This document shows, piece by piece, positions 29,656-43,210 of a DNA stretch of 64,000 bases (positions are counted from its first letter, which is position 1; every line of letters starts with the position of its first letter). The DNA lies in contig CP086569.2 of NCBI GenBank assembly GCA_009914755.4, forward strand, positions 13,376,001 through 13,440,000. Direction: 5' to 3'. A program made the position numbers and the translations under genes. This DNA comes from the human T2T-CHM13v2.0 reference genome, Homo sapiens. The notes below the pieces were generated by a model. That model ran no database searches. It was not told the DNA's origin and saw only the letters and a program-made list of their open reading frames with translations.

Positions 29656-29996
29656 TATAGAAACCCACCCAGCTGTTAAGTGATGATTCCGGAAGTCATG
29701 ACATTCCTGTGCCCTGAATGAAAAAGAAAGGCTTCTTGGGAAGATCTGTGGAGCGCCAGGTTTACACAAGAATTGTTCCATCCACCTTGTGACATCTGCC
29801 TCAATGCCTCTCAGATCCTAAAGAGTGTGAGACTCAGACCAGAATCCAGCCACGTGCAGATTCTAGATCAGCAGGTCTGTGTGGGGCTATAATTACGTTT
29901 TATTGTAATTAAAATAAAATAAGAAAATATTTTTTAGGAAAACATCAGGAGGCATCCATTTGGGTTTAAGGAAATTGTCTTAGGTTGAAAAGTACT

Positions 29997-30534
29997 TTCC
30001 TCCTTCCTTCCCTCCTTCCTTCCTCCCTCCTTCCTCTTTCTCTCTTGCCTTCCTTCCTTCCCTCCATCTTTCTTTCTTCTGCTTCTGCTTATTCCTCTTT
30101 CTCTTCCTCTTCTTCCTTATCCCATTCCTCTTCCACTTCCTCCTTCCTCCTCCCTCTCTTCCCTCTTCCTCCTCTTCCTCCCTGCCGCTCCTGCTGCTGC
30201 TTCTTCTTCCTCTCCTCCTCTCCCTCCTCCTCCTTCTTCTTATTCTTCCCCTTGTTCTTCTTACTCCTCCCCTCCTCCTCCCCTCCTCCTCCTGCTGCTG
30301 CTTCTTCTTCCTCTCCCCTTCCCCCTCCTTCTCCTCTTTCCTCCTCTTCCCCTTCTCCTCCCCTCCTCCTTCCCCCTCCTCCCCCCCTTCCCCCCCTTCC
30401 TCCTACTTCTTCGTCATCTTATTCCTCCTCCTCCTTCCCCTCCCCCTTCTCCTCCTCCTCCTCCTGTCCCTCTTCCTCCTCCCCCACCTCCTCCTCCTCC
30501 CCCACCTCCTCCTCCTCCTTTTCCTTCTCCTTCT
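29997..30534 (+). repeat. Pyrimidine-rich (CT/TCC-like) low-complexity tract, about 540 bp, with a ~107-bp internal periodicity
   Basis: Long run dominated by C and T on the plus strand (composition judged by eye). ctgctgctgcttcttcttcctctcc recurs at 30184 and 30291. Immediately followed by a reverse-complement Alu right-arm fragment at 30537-30615, so it sits exactly where that Alu's poly-T tail would be. Confidence 0.95.
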
Positions 30535-30536
30535 GA

Positions 30537-30615
30537 CAAGGCCCCGCTCTATTGTCCTGGCTGCAGTGCAGTGGTGCAATCATAGCTCACTGCAGCCTTA
30601 ACTCCTGGGCCTCCC
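30537..30615 (-). mobile_element. Alu fragment (right monomer part)
   Basis: ccccgctctattgtcctggctgcagtgcagtggtgcaatcatagctcactgcagcc. Confidence 0.8.
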
Positions 30616-30639
30616 AAGTAAGGAAAACAAACATGTTTT

Positions 30640-30900
30640 AGATAGATAGGTCAATAGATAGGTAGATGGGATAGATGATAGATGCATAGATAGATACATA
30701 CATACATACATACATACATACATACATACATACATAGATACATAGATTAGATACATAGATATTGAAGATAGATATTGGAGATAGACAAAGATAGATGAAC
30801 AGGTAGATAATAGAGAGATAGATAAACAGATAGATGGATAGATGATAAATAAATAGGTAGACTTTTGAGATAGATGAAAGACAGAGATATAGGTAGATAT
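30640..30900. repeat. Compound tetranucleotide STR: GATA-rich plus (TACA)12
   Basis: Direct read. (TACA)n at 30700-30747 is embedded in degenerate (GATA)n. Confidence 0.95.
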
Positions 30901-31662
30901 GGAGTTAGATATAAATGTATCTTATTGGTTCTATTTCTTTGGAGAACCTTGACTCATATACATATTAACAAACATCAAGAAGAAGAAAATTCTAAAAATC
31001 ACCCCGCTCCCCTATCATGCAGAAAGCAGCATGTGCTGTTTTTTGGGAGATAGATTTGCAAACTTTTTTTTTAGTTTTTTCTACATAATTTTGCCACATA
31101 AAAATACGAACATTTTTGTGGATGAGATGACTCCTCTTGGGTTTTTAAACATCTGAAGCACTCCCAGAGGTTGGGATTCACAGACTACAGCAGAGTTTCC
31201 CAGCCTCAGCACCGTGGCTGGACACATCGCTCACAGGTTTAGGTGCCTCTGGCCCCTGATCCATCGGGGGAATCCCCAGGAGCTTAGCCATGTCTGGCAG
31301 AGCCCCACCTGCAGGCAGAACCCCACTTTTCTACCCCCTGTGTGCCAATGAGAAAGAGGAAAATGGCTGGAATGAGGGGGGCCCTCACAGGAAGGGTCAA
31401 TTGTTATCCAAGAAAGGGGAGACATTTCTTGGACTCCGTGCTTGTCTGGTAATTGGCTCCAATATTTGCCAGATGTCTTCACACTCAGGTGCCAAACAGC
31501 CATAGACTTTTTCTGCACAGCCCCTTCCTACTCCAACAAGGAAACTATGGAATGCTTAGCTTCTGGGTTATATGTGCCATGGCTCTATGCCCTATGGGAA
31601 AAAGATCCTACAAGTGCATTCTAAAAGATCCATTTAGAAATGCCCAGACAACTATACCGTGC

Positions 31663-31722
31663 CTCCTATACTGTACAGGACAACTATACCTCCAGACAAC
31701 TATACCTCCAGACAACTATACC
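31663..31722. repeat. Tandem repeat of 3 x 16 bp (cagacaactatacctc)
   Basis: Direct read. Confidence 0.9.
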
Positions 31723-31863
31723 TCCTACAGTGTACAGGAGCATGACATTTCCAATCTGTCCCCTTTCGCAGGGTTAGAAGTTACAACTAACAGCAGGTTC
31801 TCCGCTACAGTACTAATGACACTTGGGGCTGCATAACTCTCTGTCATGGGTGCTGTCCTGTGC

Positions 31864-31960
31864 ACTGTAAGGTGTTGAACAACATGTCTTATCTCCACCC
31901 ACCAGATGCGAGAACACCCATCCCAGTGCAACTGCCAAAATTGTTTCCAGACATTGCCAA
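31864..31960. repeat. Fragment of an ancient MITE-like interspersed repeat (family tentative)
   Basis: cctgtgcactgtaaggtgttgaacaacat...ccacccaccagatgc...cccagtgcaactgccaaaa matches a remembered DNA-transposon-like consensus (...cctgtgcattgtaggatgtttagcagcatccctggcctctacccactagatgccagtag...). A second copy at 32480-32650 has the same orientation. Confidence 0.4.
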
Positions 31961-31989
31961 GTGTTACTTGAGGAACACAATTATCCCTG

Positions 31990-32056
31990 AGTAGCAGAAG
32001 AATGTCATAGATAGATGATGGACTGCTAGATAAATAGATAGATTGATAGAGGGAGG

Positions 32057-32110
<54 letters not shown>

Positions 32111-32156
32111 TACATAGATAATACAGATGAGAGTTGGATACAGAAGTAGGTATAAT

Positions 32157-32224
<68 letters not shown>

Positions 32225-32272
32225 CACACATAGATAATACAGATGAGAGTTGGATACAGAAGTAGGTATAAT

Positions 32273-32323
<51 letters not shown>

Positions 32324-32460
32324 GATAGAAGACAGAAAATCATTGACAGATTAGGTAGATGATAGGTGTATATAATAGAGACAGATAGGTCGATGGATAA
32401 TGGTAGATGATAGATAGATCTAGAGATAGGCAGACAGACAGACAGGATCTCTCATGCTAA
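31990..32460. repeat. Compound (GATA)n(GACA)n STR with a higher-order repeat of about 118 bp
   Basis: Three (GATA)10-13 runs. Two of them are followed by (GACA)5-7 and by the identical 38-bp spacer atacagatgagagttggatacagaagtaggtataatga (32121-32158 and 32239-32276). Accounts for the IYLS/SIYL pseudo-ORFs on the minus strand. Confidence 0.95.
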
Positions 32461-32479
32461 TGCAAGATTCCTCAGCCTC

Positions 32480-32650
32480 AGTCCTACTGACATATGAGGT
32501 TGGATCACTCTTTTCTGTGGGGCGTCCTGTGCACTGCAGGGTGTTGACCAGCATCCCTGGGCTCCACCCACTAGATGCCAGGAGCATCCCTGCTATCAGT
32601 GTGGCAACTCAAAGCCTCAAGATATCAACAAGTGTCCCTGTGGATAAACA
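32480..32650. repeat. Second copy of the same MITE-like fragment
   Basis: cgtcctgtgcactgcagggtgttgaccagcatccctgggctccacccactagatgccaggagcatccc...gtggcaactcaaag. Confidence 0.4.
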
Positions 32651-33260
32651 TGATCCCTGGTTGAGAATGGCTGGATGGCAGCATCTGTATCTGGGGGTGT
32701 CACCTTGGGCCTGCTTAGAGTGAATGACACATCACCGAATTGGAGAGCACAGAGCTGCCTCCCCACTGTGGCAGTGATCCATGAGACTCCACCCAAAGGT
32801 AACCACATGGTTGCACACAGAGTCATCATCTCTTAAAAGAAGCACATAGCTCCGCTTGGGCATCACCTGGGGTGCTTCTTAAAATGCAGGTCTCCCAGCT
32901 CCCAAATGCCTGACCCACACCTGCTGAATAAAGACCTCAGTGGGTGGGGACTGGGTGGCGCTTTTAATACCTCCTCCCTTCAAGGTGATGACCTGCACAT
33001 CAAAGACAGAGAATCACTGCACGAAATGGCTACATGCTCGAGGTGACAATGGCAGGGAAATGACCCATTTGTGGTTCCCTTTCCACACCTACAAATTTGC
33101 TAGATCCTTTGCAGGGAAGGAGGGGGCAGGGAGAGAGGGGACACCAGAATAGAAACAAGTCAAGAAAAATATAACTGAGACGTAGGATGAGGCTGGCGTG
33201 GTTTGGGGTTCTGTACGCTGCCATGGTATGGCTTCTCACCTTAGGCGATCATCATAACGT

Positions 33261-33577
33261 TTTTTTCCTTTTTTTTTTTTTTTTTTTTTTTTTTGAGATG
33301 GAGTCTTACTCTGCCACCCAGGCTGGAGTGCAGTGGTATGATCTCAGCTGATTGCAACCTCCGCCTCCTGGGTTCAAGCGATTCTCCTGTCTCAGCCTCC
33401 TGAATAGCTGGGATTACAGACACCCCCCACCATGCCTGGCTAATTTTTGTATTTTTAGTAGAAACAGCGTTCTGCCATGTTGGCCAGGCTGGTCTCAAAC
33501 TCCTGACCTCAAGTGATCCGCCCAACTCGGCCTCCCAAACTGCTGGGATTACAAACATGAGCCACTGTGCCCGGCCC
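33261..33577 (-). mobile_element. Alu with a 34-nt poly-T (A-tail)
   Basis: Poly-T then reverse-complement full Alu. Confidence 0.9.
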
Positions 33578-33879
33578 ACAACTTCCCCATATCCCAATTT
33601 TTAGAAGTAAACTAAACAGCCTGTGACAACCTAATGCAGCAAGTAATGAAAAATACTTGGCACAATCCTCACTTACCTTTACTCAACAGGAAGTACTCAG
33701 AAATATGATGTGCTACTGTTCAGAGGTCTGAGTGATCTTTTTCATAAGTCTTTTCTAGTCTTTACATAGAAACACAGCTCTATACAAATGCATACACATT
33801 TTAAGTCATGTTGATAAGGACAGGAGGCAGGAAGATACTAGTTAGAAGAGGGCAGTTCCCCAGCAAAGGCCCCGCCCTC

Positions 33880-34400
33880 AAGCCTGGAACCTATAGTCCT
33901 AAATGGAAACAGGCATTCCTATTTTTGTGCCCAAATGTTGCCTTTTGACCCACCATGCCTCCCTGTCCTGTACCCATATAAACCCCAAACCCCAGACCCC
34001 ATGTGAAAACAGACAGATGAGCAGAAAAGGCGAGGAACCAAAGAGCAGCACAGCAGAGAAGGAGAGAAGAGAAGGAACAGCTGAACACTGAGAGGTGTTC
34101 AGCTGGGGTGGTTGAAGAAGAGATTAGCTGCAGAACAACTACACTCCAGGGGAAGATCATCTTCCCACTCCATCCCCTTTCCAGCTCCCCAACCATCCCA
34201 CTGAGAGTCACCTCTACCTGGCAACAAAGTCTTCTGCATTTACCATCCTTCAGCTTGTTCATGTGATCTGATTCTTCCTGGATGCCGGACGAGAACCCAG
34301 GTACCAAGACGGCACTGAGCTGGCTAACACTTAAGCCACGTGCGGATGGCAGAGCTAAAAGAGCACCGTAACACACCCACTGGGGCTTCGGGGGTCACAG
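33880..34400. repeat. Possible LTR-like element that retains CpG
   Basis: TATA-like ccatataaacc at 33972. About 8 CpGs in 350 bp at 34270-34560. Family not assigned. Confidence 0.25.
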
Positions 34401-34659
34401 GCACCCACCCCTAGATGTTACCGTGGGGCCCAGAGCTCAAAAACACTCATGCTAGCTGCTGCACCTGCCCATCTGCAAGTTCTGCGTCCCATAAGAGGTT
34501 TCAGTATGTGGCGGTCAAAGAGATGAAGCACACCCCTGTCGCACATTCTGTGAGGGGGGTCAGGGAACTCTCAGGTTTTAAATCTGATAAGGGAATAATG
34601 TACAATAGACTTGGAAGAGACTGTCTTAGCTGGTGTATATCCTGGACATTATCCTTTTC

Positions 34660-34960
34660 TTTTAATTTATTTTTAATTGATACATAACAGATGTACATAG
34701 CTTCAGGATATATGTAAAAATTTACTACATTTATATAATTTGTAAAGATCAAATCAGCCTACTTGGGATATCCATCCACCTTAAATATTTGTCTTTCCTT
34801 CATATTAGAACCATTCTGACTCTTCTATTTTGAAATCTACAATAGATTATTGTAAACTAAAGTCACCCTACTGATTATGTAAACACTAGTGCTTATTTCT
34901 TCTATCGAACTCTGTCATTTTCTTTTTTTTCCCTCAATAAATGACATTTCATACACTGCC
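34660..34960 (+). mobile_element. Possible old L1 (L1PB/L1MA-like) 3'UTR fragment
   Basis: tttaatttatttttaattgatacataacagatgtacatag...ggatatccatccacc...ctacaatagattattgtaaactaaagtcaccctactg resembles remembered L1PB/L1MA 3' ends. Confidence 0.35.
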
Positions 34961-35204
34961 CTTTGGGGTTTCCACTTCTGGTTCTCAGCTTCTTCTCAGC
35001 TGTTAGAAGACCTGATTTTGTCTCGTGCTCCTTCATGCCCCTCTGGATTGGATGGCGAATACTAATTAAATACAGTGGAAATGTAGGGCTGCTAAAATGT
35101 CAACCTCTATTAGGAATATGGCCGTCTTGCTATTATCTTCTTTTGTATTGATAATTTAGTAATCATCATAATGATTTACAGCATATTAACGATTAACAAT
35201 ATTC

Positions 35205-35320
35205 TGTCTTCTTTATTTTATTTTAAGTTCCGGGATACGTGTGCAGGACGTGCAGGTTTGTTACATAGGTAAACATGTGCCATGGTGGTTTGCTGCACCT
35301 ATCAACCCGTCACAGAGGCA
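35205..35320 (-). mobile_element. Short L1PA 3'-terminal fragment
   Basis: Reverse complement of the L1 3' terminus: ttttaagttccgggatacgtgtgcaggacgtgcaggtttgttacataggtaaacatgtgccatggtggtttgctgcacc. Confidence 0.75.
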
Positions 35321-35344
35321 TTAAGCCCCACATGCATTAGCTAT

Positions 35345-36152
35345 TGATCCTGAACAATAATCTGTTTTCTTAAGTACTTCGTAGCAATCATCGCACCAGC
35401 CTTGCAGAATGTTTTTGGGATCTTGGGAATGTGCTCCATTTCCAGCTGGTGATGGCTGGGGATGAAACAGGGTCGTCTGTGCATTTAACTAATTTTTACC
35501 CAGGACATACCCAGCTGCTGCATGTACATCATCTTATTTACACAGAAGGGCCCTGATCCAGACCTCACTTTCTTTCCAGGCCCTCCTGTAACCTCCCTAA
35601 GGGGCGCTACTTGTGTCAGAGGCACTGGAACCAGAGCGACTCCATCTTGAATAGGGGCTGGGCAATAGAAGGCTGAAACCTACTGGGCTGCATTCCCAGA
35701 TGATTAAGGCATTCTGAGTCACAGGATGAGACTGAAGGTCTGCACAAGATACAGGTCATAAAGACCTAGCTGATACAACAGGATGTAGTAAAGAAACCGG
35801 CCAGAACCCACCAAAACCCAGATGGTGATGAGAGTGGCCTCTGGTTGTCCTCAGTGTTACCCTCCCACCAGCACCATGACAATTACAAATGCCACGGCAA
35901 TGTCAGGAATTCTGCATGGTCTAAAAAGGGGAGGCATGAATAATCGAAGCCTTGCTTAGCATATCACTAAGAAATAACCATAAAAATGGGCAAGCAGTAG
36001 CTCTAAGAGCTGCTCTGCGGAGTAGCCATTCTTTTATTCCTTTACTTTCCAAATAAACTTGTTTTCAGTTTACAGACTAGCCCTGAATTCTTTATGGAGC
36101 GAGATCCAAGAACCCTGTCTTGGCGTCTGGATCTGGACCCCTTTCCTGTAAC
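35345..36152 (+). repeat. ERV1-type solo LTR (LTR9/LTR12/MER-like; family tentative)
   Basis: Ends with aataaacttgttttcagtttacagactagccctgaattctttatggagcgagatccaagaaccctgtcttggcgtctggatctggacccctttcctgtaaca, a U5 terminus typical of several class I LTRs. Internal ggggaggcatgaataatcgaagccttgcttagcatatc. Confidence 0.45.
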
Positions 36153-36306
36153 ACTTGGAGGAGGGATGATTCTGATTTTCAGAAGACAAGGCTTGGGATA
36201 GAGCAGGATGCTCACTGGAGTCTTCCCAGACAGAGCTACAGGACAGCTCAGATTCCGCTGCCGGCTGCCCCCGTCCAAATCCTCAGTGCCTCAGTTTACC
36301 CATATC

Positions 36307-36746
36307 TGTGATGGTTAATACTGAATGTCAACTCGATTGGATTGAAGGATACAAAGTATTGATCCTGGGTGTGTCTGTGAGGGTGTTGCCAAAGGAGATT
36401 AACATTTGAGTCAGTGGACTGGAAGGGGCAGACCCACCCTCAATCTGGGTGGGCACCACCTAATCAGCTGCCACTGTGGCTAGAATATAAGCAGGCAGAA
36501 AAATGTGAAAAGAGACACTGGCCTAGTCTTCTGGCCTATATCTTTCTCCCATGGTGGATGCTGGAACATCAGACTCCAAGTTCTTCAGTTTTGGAACCTG
36601 GACTGGCTCTCCTTGCTCCTCAGCCTGCAGACGGCCTGTTGTGGGACCTTGTGATCATGTGAGTTAATACTTAATAAACTCCTCTCTATATATATATTTC
36701 TATTGCATTAGTTCTGTCCCTCTAGAGAACCCTGACTAATACACCA
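36307..36746 (+). repeat. MLT2-like (ERVL/MaLR class) solo LTR, copy 1, intact
   Basis: Begins tgtgatggttaatactgaatgtcaactcgattggattgaaggat and ends ctctagagaaccctgactaatacacc. Has an internal (TA)4 at 36687-36696. Confidence 0.5.
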
Positions 36747-36857
36747 TCTGTAAAATGACATCAGGCACGACACTCCCGTCATAGGGTTGAGGGACAATCA
36801 ACTAAGTTAATCCATGCCTAGTGCATAGGAAGTGCTGCTGTCATTCAAAGAATTTAG

Positions 36858-37172
<315 letters not shown>

Positions 37173-37378
37173 AAAACATTTTATGTCATAAGTGCATTTA
37201 ATACAACTACCCTACCAAATGCCATAGCTTAGCCTTACCTGCCTTCAAAGTGGTCAGAACACCAGCCAACGGATGGACAAATCATCTAGCACACAGTCAA
37301 CTTTATAATGAGGTGTTGCATACCTCACATAATTTGTTGAATATTGTACTGAAAGTGAAAAACAGAATGGCTGTATGG

Positions 37379-37688
<310 letters not shown>

Positions 37689-39780
37689 TCAAAGTACAGT
37701 TTTAGTTTGTACTGAATGCATACCAATTTTACACCATTGTAAAGTTGAAAAATCTTAAATTGAACCATCATGTCAAACCATGGTAAGTTGGGAACTGTCT
37801 GTATCCGCACTTTGTAGAAGTTGATTTGCCCAAGGGCATATGGTTAACCTTTGGCTCTTACTGTGAATGATACAAACTCCTGGAAGTACTTTTCTGGGGA
37901 GGTGGGTTTGCTGTTGAACATCTCCCTGTAAACAGAAGCTAATGAATGCACGGCCGCATTGTCCACTTACTAGGTGAGATCTGAAGACAGCACAGAATAA
38001 TAAAAAATTCTCACTGCAGATCCTAGACTATGTCCACCAGGATCTATCCATCCCGACACCGCCTCCGCCCATAAACAACCAACTCCAATCTTAATGACGT
38101 CCATGTCTTTAAATAGGATAAACAGGAAATGCTGCCACAGGGACATCTGAATGATGTGTTTTAACTCCTAACAGAAATACTTCTCTCTCTTAAGATGCGC
38201 CCAGGCGTTCCCTTCTCTGAAATCGCCACATTAAAATGACCAAAGAAACTTACTCAACCTTTGTTCAAATCCTATACTTTATGAGTTCGTTGGAGTTTCT
38301 TAAAGAGGTCCTCGCACGGAACTAAAAAATCTAATCTTGGAGTCTGGGACAGCCAGTCTGCAAGTTTATATTGAAGTTTTTGATGTGAACAATTCAGGTG
38401 GTTTTAATTTGCAAGAATGAATGACAGTGTTTAGGAAAAGGTTTAAAAATCTGAACAAATGCAACCCTTCCGGCAAACGAATCTCTGGTAATCTGCCCCA
38501 CGGGATGAAGTAGTTTCAACTCTACTTTTACTGTATGGAAATGGTCAGAACTAATTTTTAAAATCAGAAAGAAATGACTGACATTCCCCACACACCCAGT
38601 CATGCTTGAATCATGGAGTTAAATAGGTCATTTTTTAAACGCTTGGGACACATGGATCAAAACAGGACAATATGGCGAATATCTAGATGGTATCAGCTAA
38701 CATCCTGCCCTTCTGGATCTAATTCCCAGATTCCAAATGGGAGCAGCCCGTCTTCTCCCTCCCCTCTCAGCCACCCATCGCTCTTAGTCTCCTTTCTAAT
38801 CCCATTGGGCAAATTATCCCCATTCACTTCATAGCAACTCCTTTGGAAAGAGTTTCTTAAAGCAAGAATAGAAAAATCCACGCCCAGGCAGATCTCCCTC
38901 AAAGCAAAATGCCTCTTACCTCGGGCGTGCATTAGAAAACACAGGAACGCAAGACAGGGAAGTCCCCACCAGCTCTCCATGGTTTGCTTCAGGATGCAAG
39001 AACCTCAGTGGACTCCCCAGCCAAGGGGATTGTGAGATCCAGCCTCTCCACCCTCCTGTTGTTGACTTCTGGTCTCCCAGCTTGGAAGGAAGGGAGGCGA
39101 TGTCTTCAAGTGGAAAATATGAGCCGAACTGCCAGAAACAAATGGGCTCCAAGCTCAGATCCCAAACTCCACAGCTGAAAACCTGTGGGACCAGTGTAGG
39201 CACACTCAGTCGTGTGTCGGAGCCAGTCTCCCCGGGCTGCCCCAACCAATCTGCAGCAGCGCAGAGGATGGGGAAACTGGGGTGGTTCCCAAGCACCAAT
39301 GGGCATCTCAGGCTTCTGGAAGCCGGCACACTTGCTGGGCAACTCTGCTCGCTGCGGGTGTGGGAGCTGTAGCAAGTTCAAAGTCACCAACCCAGAAATC
39401 AGAGAAGACACTGGCCGCCTGTAATCTTCCTCCTGCAGGACGTGATTGTACAGTGATACCCAGTGTGGGGTTAATGTACACATCAGTGCAAAGACCTCAG
39501 TTGAAGTCTTGGCTTTTATACCTAACAAACTCAGTGACTTCCAAGAGGCATTTTTTATCCTCAGCCTTCAGTTGTCTTTGTAGGTGGCAGAACTAATATT
39601 TCAGCAGAGACGGTTGTTCAGGAAAAGCAGATGACATGTGGCTTTTTGTGTCTTTCACTTACGCTGCATTGGAGATGATTGAAAGTCCCTGATTTGTAAA
39701 ATTCCAGGCTTTTGCTTTCTGAGTGTGCAGTATCAAATTAGTTGATGCATTCATTCAACAAACATCCAATGCATACCACT

Positions 39781-41045
39781 CTTTTTTTGTAATTTTCTTT
39801 TTTATTATTGTTATACTTTAAGTTCTGGGGTACATGTGCAGAACGTGCAGTTTTGTTACATAGGTATACACATGCCATGGTGGTTTGCTGCACCCATCAA
39901 CCCATCACCTACATTAGATATTTCTCCTAATGCTATCCCACCCACAGCTCCCCACCCCCTCAAAGGCCCTGGTGTGTGATGTTCCCCTCCCTGTGTCCAT
40001 GTGTTCTCATTGTTCAACTCCCACTTAGGAGTGAGAACATGCAGTGTTTGGTTTTCTGTTCCTGTGATAGTTTGCTGAGAATGATGGTTTCCAGCCTCAT
40101 CCATGTCCCTACAAAGGACATGAACTCATCCTTTTTTTATAGCTGCATAGTATTCCATGGTGTATACGTGCCACATTTTCTTTATGCAGTCTATCATTGA
40201 TGGACACTTGGGTTGGTTCCAAGTCTTTGCTATATACCCAGTACCGGGATTGCTGGGTCAACAGGTATTTCTAGTTCTAGGTCCTTGAGGAATCACCACA
40301 CTGTCTTCCACAATGGTTGAACTAATTTAAACTCCCACCAACAGTGTAGAAGTGTTCCTATTTCTCCACATCCTCGCCAGCATGTGTTGTTTCCCGACCT
40401 TTTAACGACCACCATTCTAACTGGCATGAGATGGTATCTCATTGTGGTTTTGATTTACATTTCTCTAATGACCAGTGATCATAAGCATTTTTCCATGTTT
40501 GTGGCTGCATAAATGTCTTCTTTTGAGAAGTATCTGTTCATATCCTTTGCCCCTTTTTTGATGGGGTTCTTTCTTTCTTGTAAATTTGTTTGAGTTCTTT
40601 GTAGATTCTAGATATTAGCCCTTTGTCAGATGAACAGATGGCAAAAATTTTCTCCCATTCGGTAGGTTGCCTGTTCACTCTAATGATAGTTTCTTTTGCT
40701 GTGCAGAAGCTCTTTAGTTTAAATAGATCCCATTTGTCAATTTTGGCTTTTGTTGCCATTGCTTTTGGTGTTTTAGATATGATGTCTTTGCCCATGCCTA
40801 TGTCCTGAATGATATTGCCTAGATTTTTTTTCTAGGATTGTTATGGTTTTAGGTCTTATGTTTAAGTCTTTAATCCATCTCGAGTTGATTTTTGTATAAG
40901 GTGCACGGAAGCAGTTCAGTTTCAGTTTTCTGCATGTGGCTAGCCAGTTTTCCCAACACCATTTATTAAATTGGGAATCTTTTCCCCATTGCTTGTTTGT
41001 GTCAGGTTTGTCAAAGATCACATGGTTGTATATTTTTCCCCCCAA
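39781..41045 (-). mobile_element. L1 (older L1PA/L1PB-type) 3' fragment, about 1.27 kb: 3'UTR plus ORF2 C-terminal part
   Basis: Poly-T, then the reverse-complement L1 3' terminus (ccatggtggtttgctgcacccatcaaccc variant). Minus ORFs 40538-40795 and 40773-41045 match ORF2 ([50 protein letters not shown]...). Confidence 0.95.
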
Positions 41046-41183
41046 ACTTTGTATATTGAAGCGCTACCCTTCAGTACTTTAGAATGTGACTTTCTTTGGA
41101 AATAAGATCATTTGCATATGGACGCAAAAGGAAAGGCATGAAATCGATTCTACCTCACAGCCTCAGAAGAAATTAGCCCTGCT

Positions 41184-41476
41184 GGCTGGGTACGGTGGCT
41201 AACATCTGTAATCCCAGCACTTTGCGAGTCCGAGGCAGGCAGATCACTTCAGATCAGGAGTTCAAGAGCAGCCTGGTCAACATGGTGAAACCCCATTTCT
41301 ACCAAAAATACAAAAATTAGCATAGTGTGGTGGTGCATCCCTGTAATCCCAGCTACTTGGGAGCCTGAGGAAGGAGAATTGCTTGAACCCAGAAGGCAGA
41401 GGTTTCAGTGAGCTGAGATTGCACCGCTGCACTCCAGACTTGGCAACGGAAACAAAGTGAGACTCCGTCTCAAAGA
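41184..41476 (+). mobile_element. Alu followed by (GA)n
   Basis: Dimeric Alu. (GA)9 at 41484-41502. Confidence 0.9.
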
Positions 41477-41769
41477 AAAGAACAGAGAGAGAGAGAGAGA
41501 GGGATATCAGCCCTGTCTGCCCCTTGATTTCAGACCTCCGTGCTCCAGAACTGTGACAGCTTAACTGTCTGTTTTGTAAGCCCCCTCCCCACTCAAGCAT
41601 GTTTTCGTGACAGACCCAGGAAGCTAATATAGGAAACAACTGCTAATGAGATTTCTATTTCGGGCAGTGAAAATATCTTGGAACTAGTTAGAAGTGGTGG
41701 CCACACAACACTGTGAAAGCAGCAAGTACCCTGAATTGTTCACTTTAAAATGGTGAATTCTCCTGTCAT

Positions 41770-42030
41770 CCTGGCACTTTGGGAGGCTGAGGCAGGTGGA
41801 TCACCTGAGGTCAGGAGTTCGAGACCAGCCTGGCCAACACTGTGAAACCCGTCTTCACTAAAAATACAAACATTAGCCGAGTGTGGTGGCACATGCCTGT
41901 AATCCCAACTGCTTGGCAGGCTGAGGCATGAGAATCGCTTCAATCCGGGAAGCAGAGGTTAAAATGAAATGACAGCACGCCACTGCACTCCAGCCTGGGT
42001 GACAAAGAAAGACTCTATCTCAAAAAAAAA
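41770..42030 (+). mobile_element. Alu, 5'-truncated
   Basis: Alu consensus beginning at cctgtcatcctggcactttggg. Confidence 0.85.
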
Positions 42031-42434
42031 ATCTTAATTCTAAGACTTGTGAATTTCACCTTAATAAAAAAAAAGTTTCCCAAAAAGTAGTGAGGAATTA
42101 GATTAAATGGTTAAATTCGGGAAAGCCTCTCAGATGAAATGAAGATGCAAAATAATTGCTACGATTTCCACCATGCCTAACATGTGCCAGTGTTGTAAGT
42201 ATTTTACATGCTTCTTGAGGCAAGAGTAGATAAGCTTTCTGTAGAAGGTCAGGTAGTAAAGGCATTTCTCTTTGCAAACTGTATGGATTCTGCTGCAATA
42301 TGTAACCAATATCTGTACAACTGGACTTTATTTATGGACATAAAAATTTGAGTGTCACATAATTTTCATGTATCATAAAATATTGTTGTTCTTTCATGTT
42401 TTAAAAATTATTCAGACATATAAAAACCATTTTT

Positions 42435-42747
42435 GGCTGGGTGCCGTACCTCATGTCTGTAATTCCAGCACCTTGAGAGGCAGAGACAGGCGGATCACTT
42501 GAGGCCAGGAGTTCGAGACCAACCTGGCCAACATGGTGAAACTCTGTCTCTACTGAAAATACAAAATGTAGCCGGGCGTAGTGGTGCATGCCTGTAGTCC
42601 CAGCTGCTCAGGTGGCTGAGGCAGGAGAATCGCTTGAACCCAGGGGCGGAGGTTGCAGTGAGCCGAGATCATGCCACTGGACTCCAGCCTGGGCGACGGA
42701 GTAAGACGCCATCTCAAAACAACAATAACGACAATAATACAAAAAAA
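42435..42747 (+). mobile_element. Alu
   Basis: Dimeric Alu consensus. Confidence 0.9.
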
Positions 42748-43210
42748 TTCTTACCTCGAAAGCTGTACAAAAACACACCGTGGGCAGATTTGGCTGCCGG
42801 GTTCTAGTTTGCCGACATCAAAGCTGTGTGTTGCGGGAGTCCTGAGAAACCCAGTTTTATCACCTCTGCTTCACTAAAGTATGGTCAGGGCAGGCCGTGT
42901 GCCCAGCGGTAATACACGCAGGCTCCAGATCAGAGCACGTTAGGGGAAAAGCACTCTACTTTACCGCTCGAAGCCTCAGCTGATCAAATGCTGGGAGCTC
43001 ACAGACACGGCAGAATTTACAAAGCCGACTTTAATTTTCACATCCTCGATAACCTTAAAAAGCGTGAATGCATCTCCTTTTCAATGTTCGTGGGATGCTC
43101 CTGAAAATTCACAACTGCACTACAAAGAAAGCTTTAGCAAACTGTTTTTTTAAAGTAGAAACAAGACAGAAGACATTCTGTTGCTGTAAAATTGGAAATA
43201 AGAATATTCT

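Noticed and set aside
31725-32343. Minus-strand ORFs of 168, 105 and 87 aa with IYLSIYLS repeats
   Set aside because: Artefacts of (GATA)n/(GACA)n microsatellites read in frame.
38900-39600. A cluster of overlapping ORFs of 96-140 aa on both strands in a moderately GC-rich patch
   Set aside because: Simultaneous ORFs in four frames on both strands is the signature of GC-rich non-coding sequence. There is no domain-like motif, and the CpG content is below island criteria.
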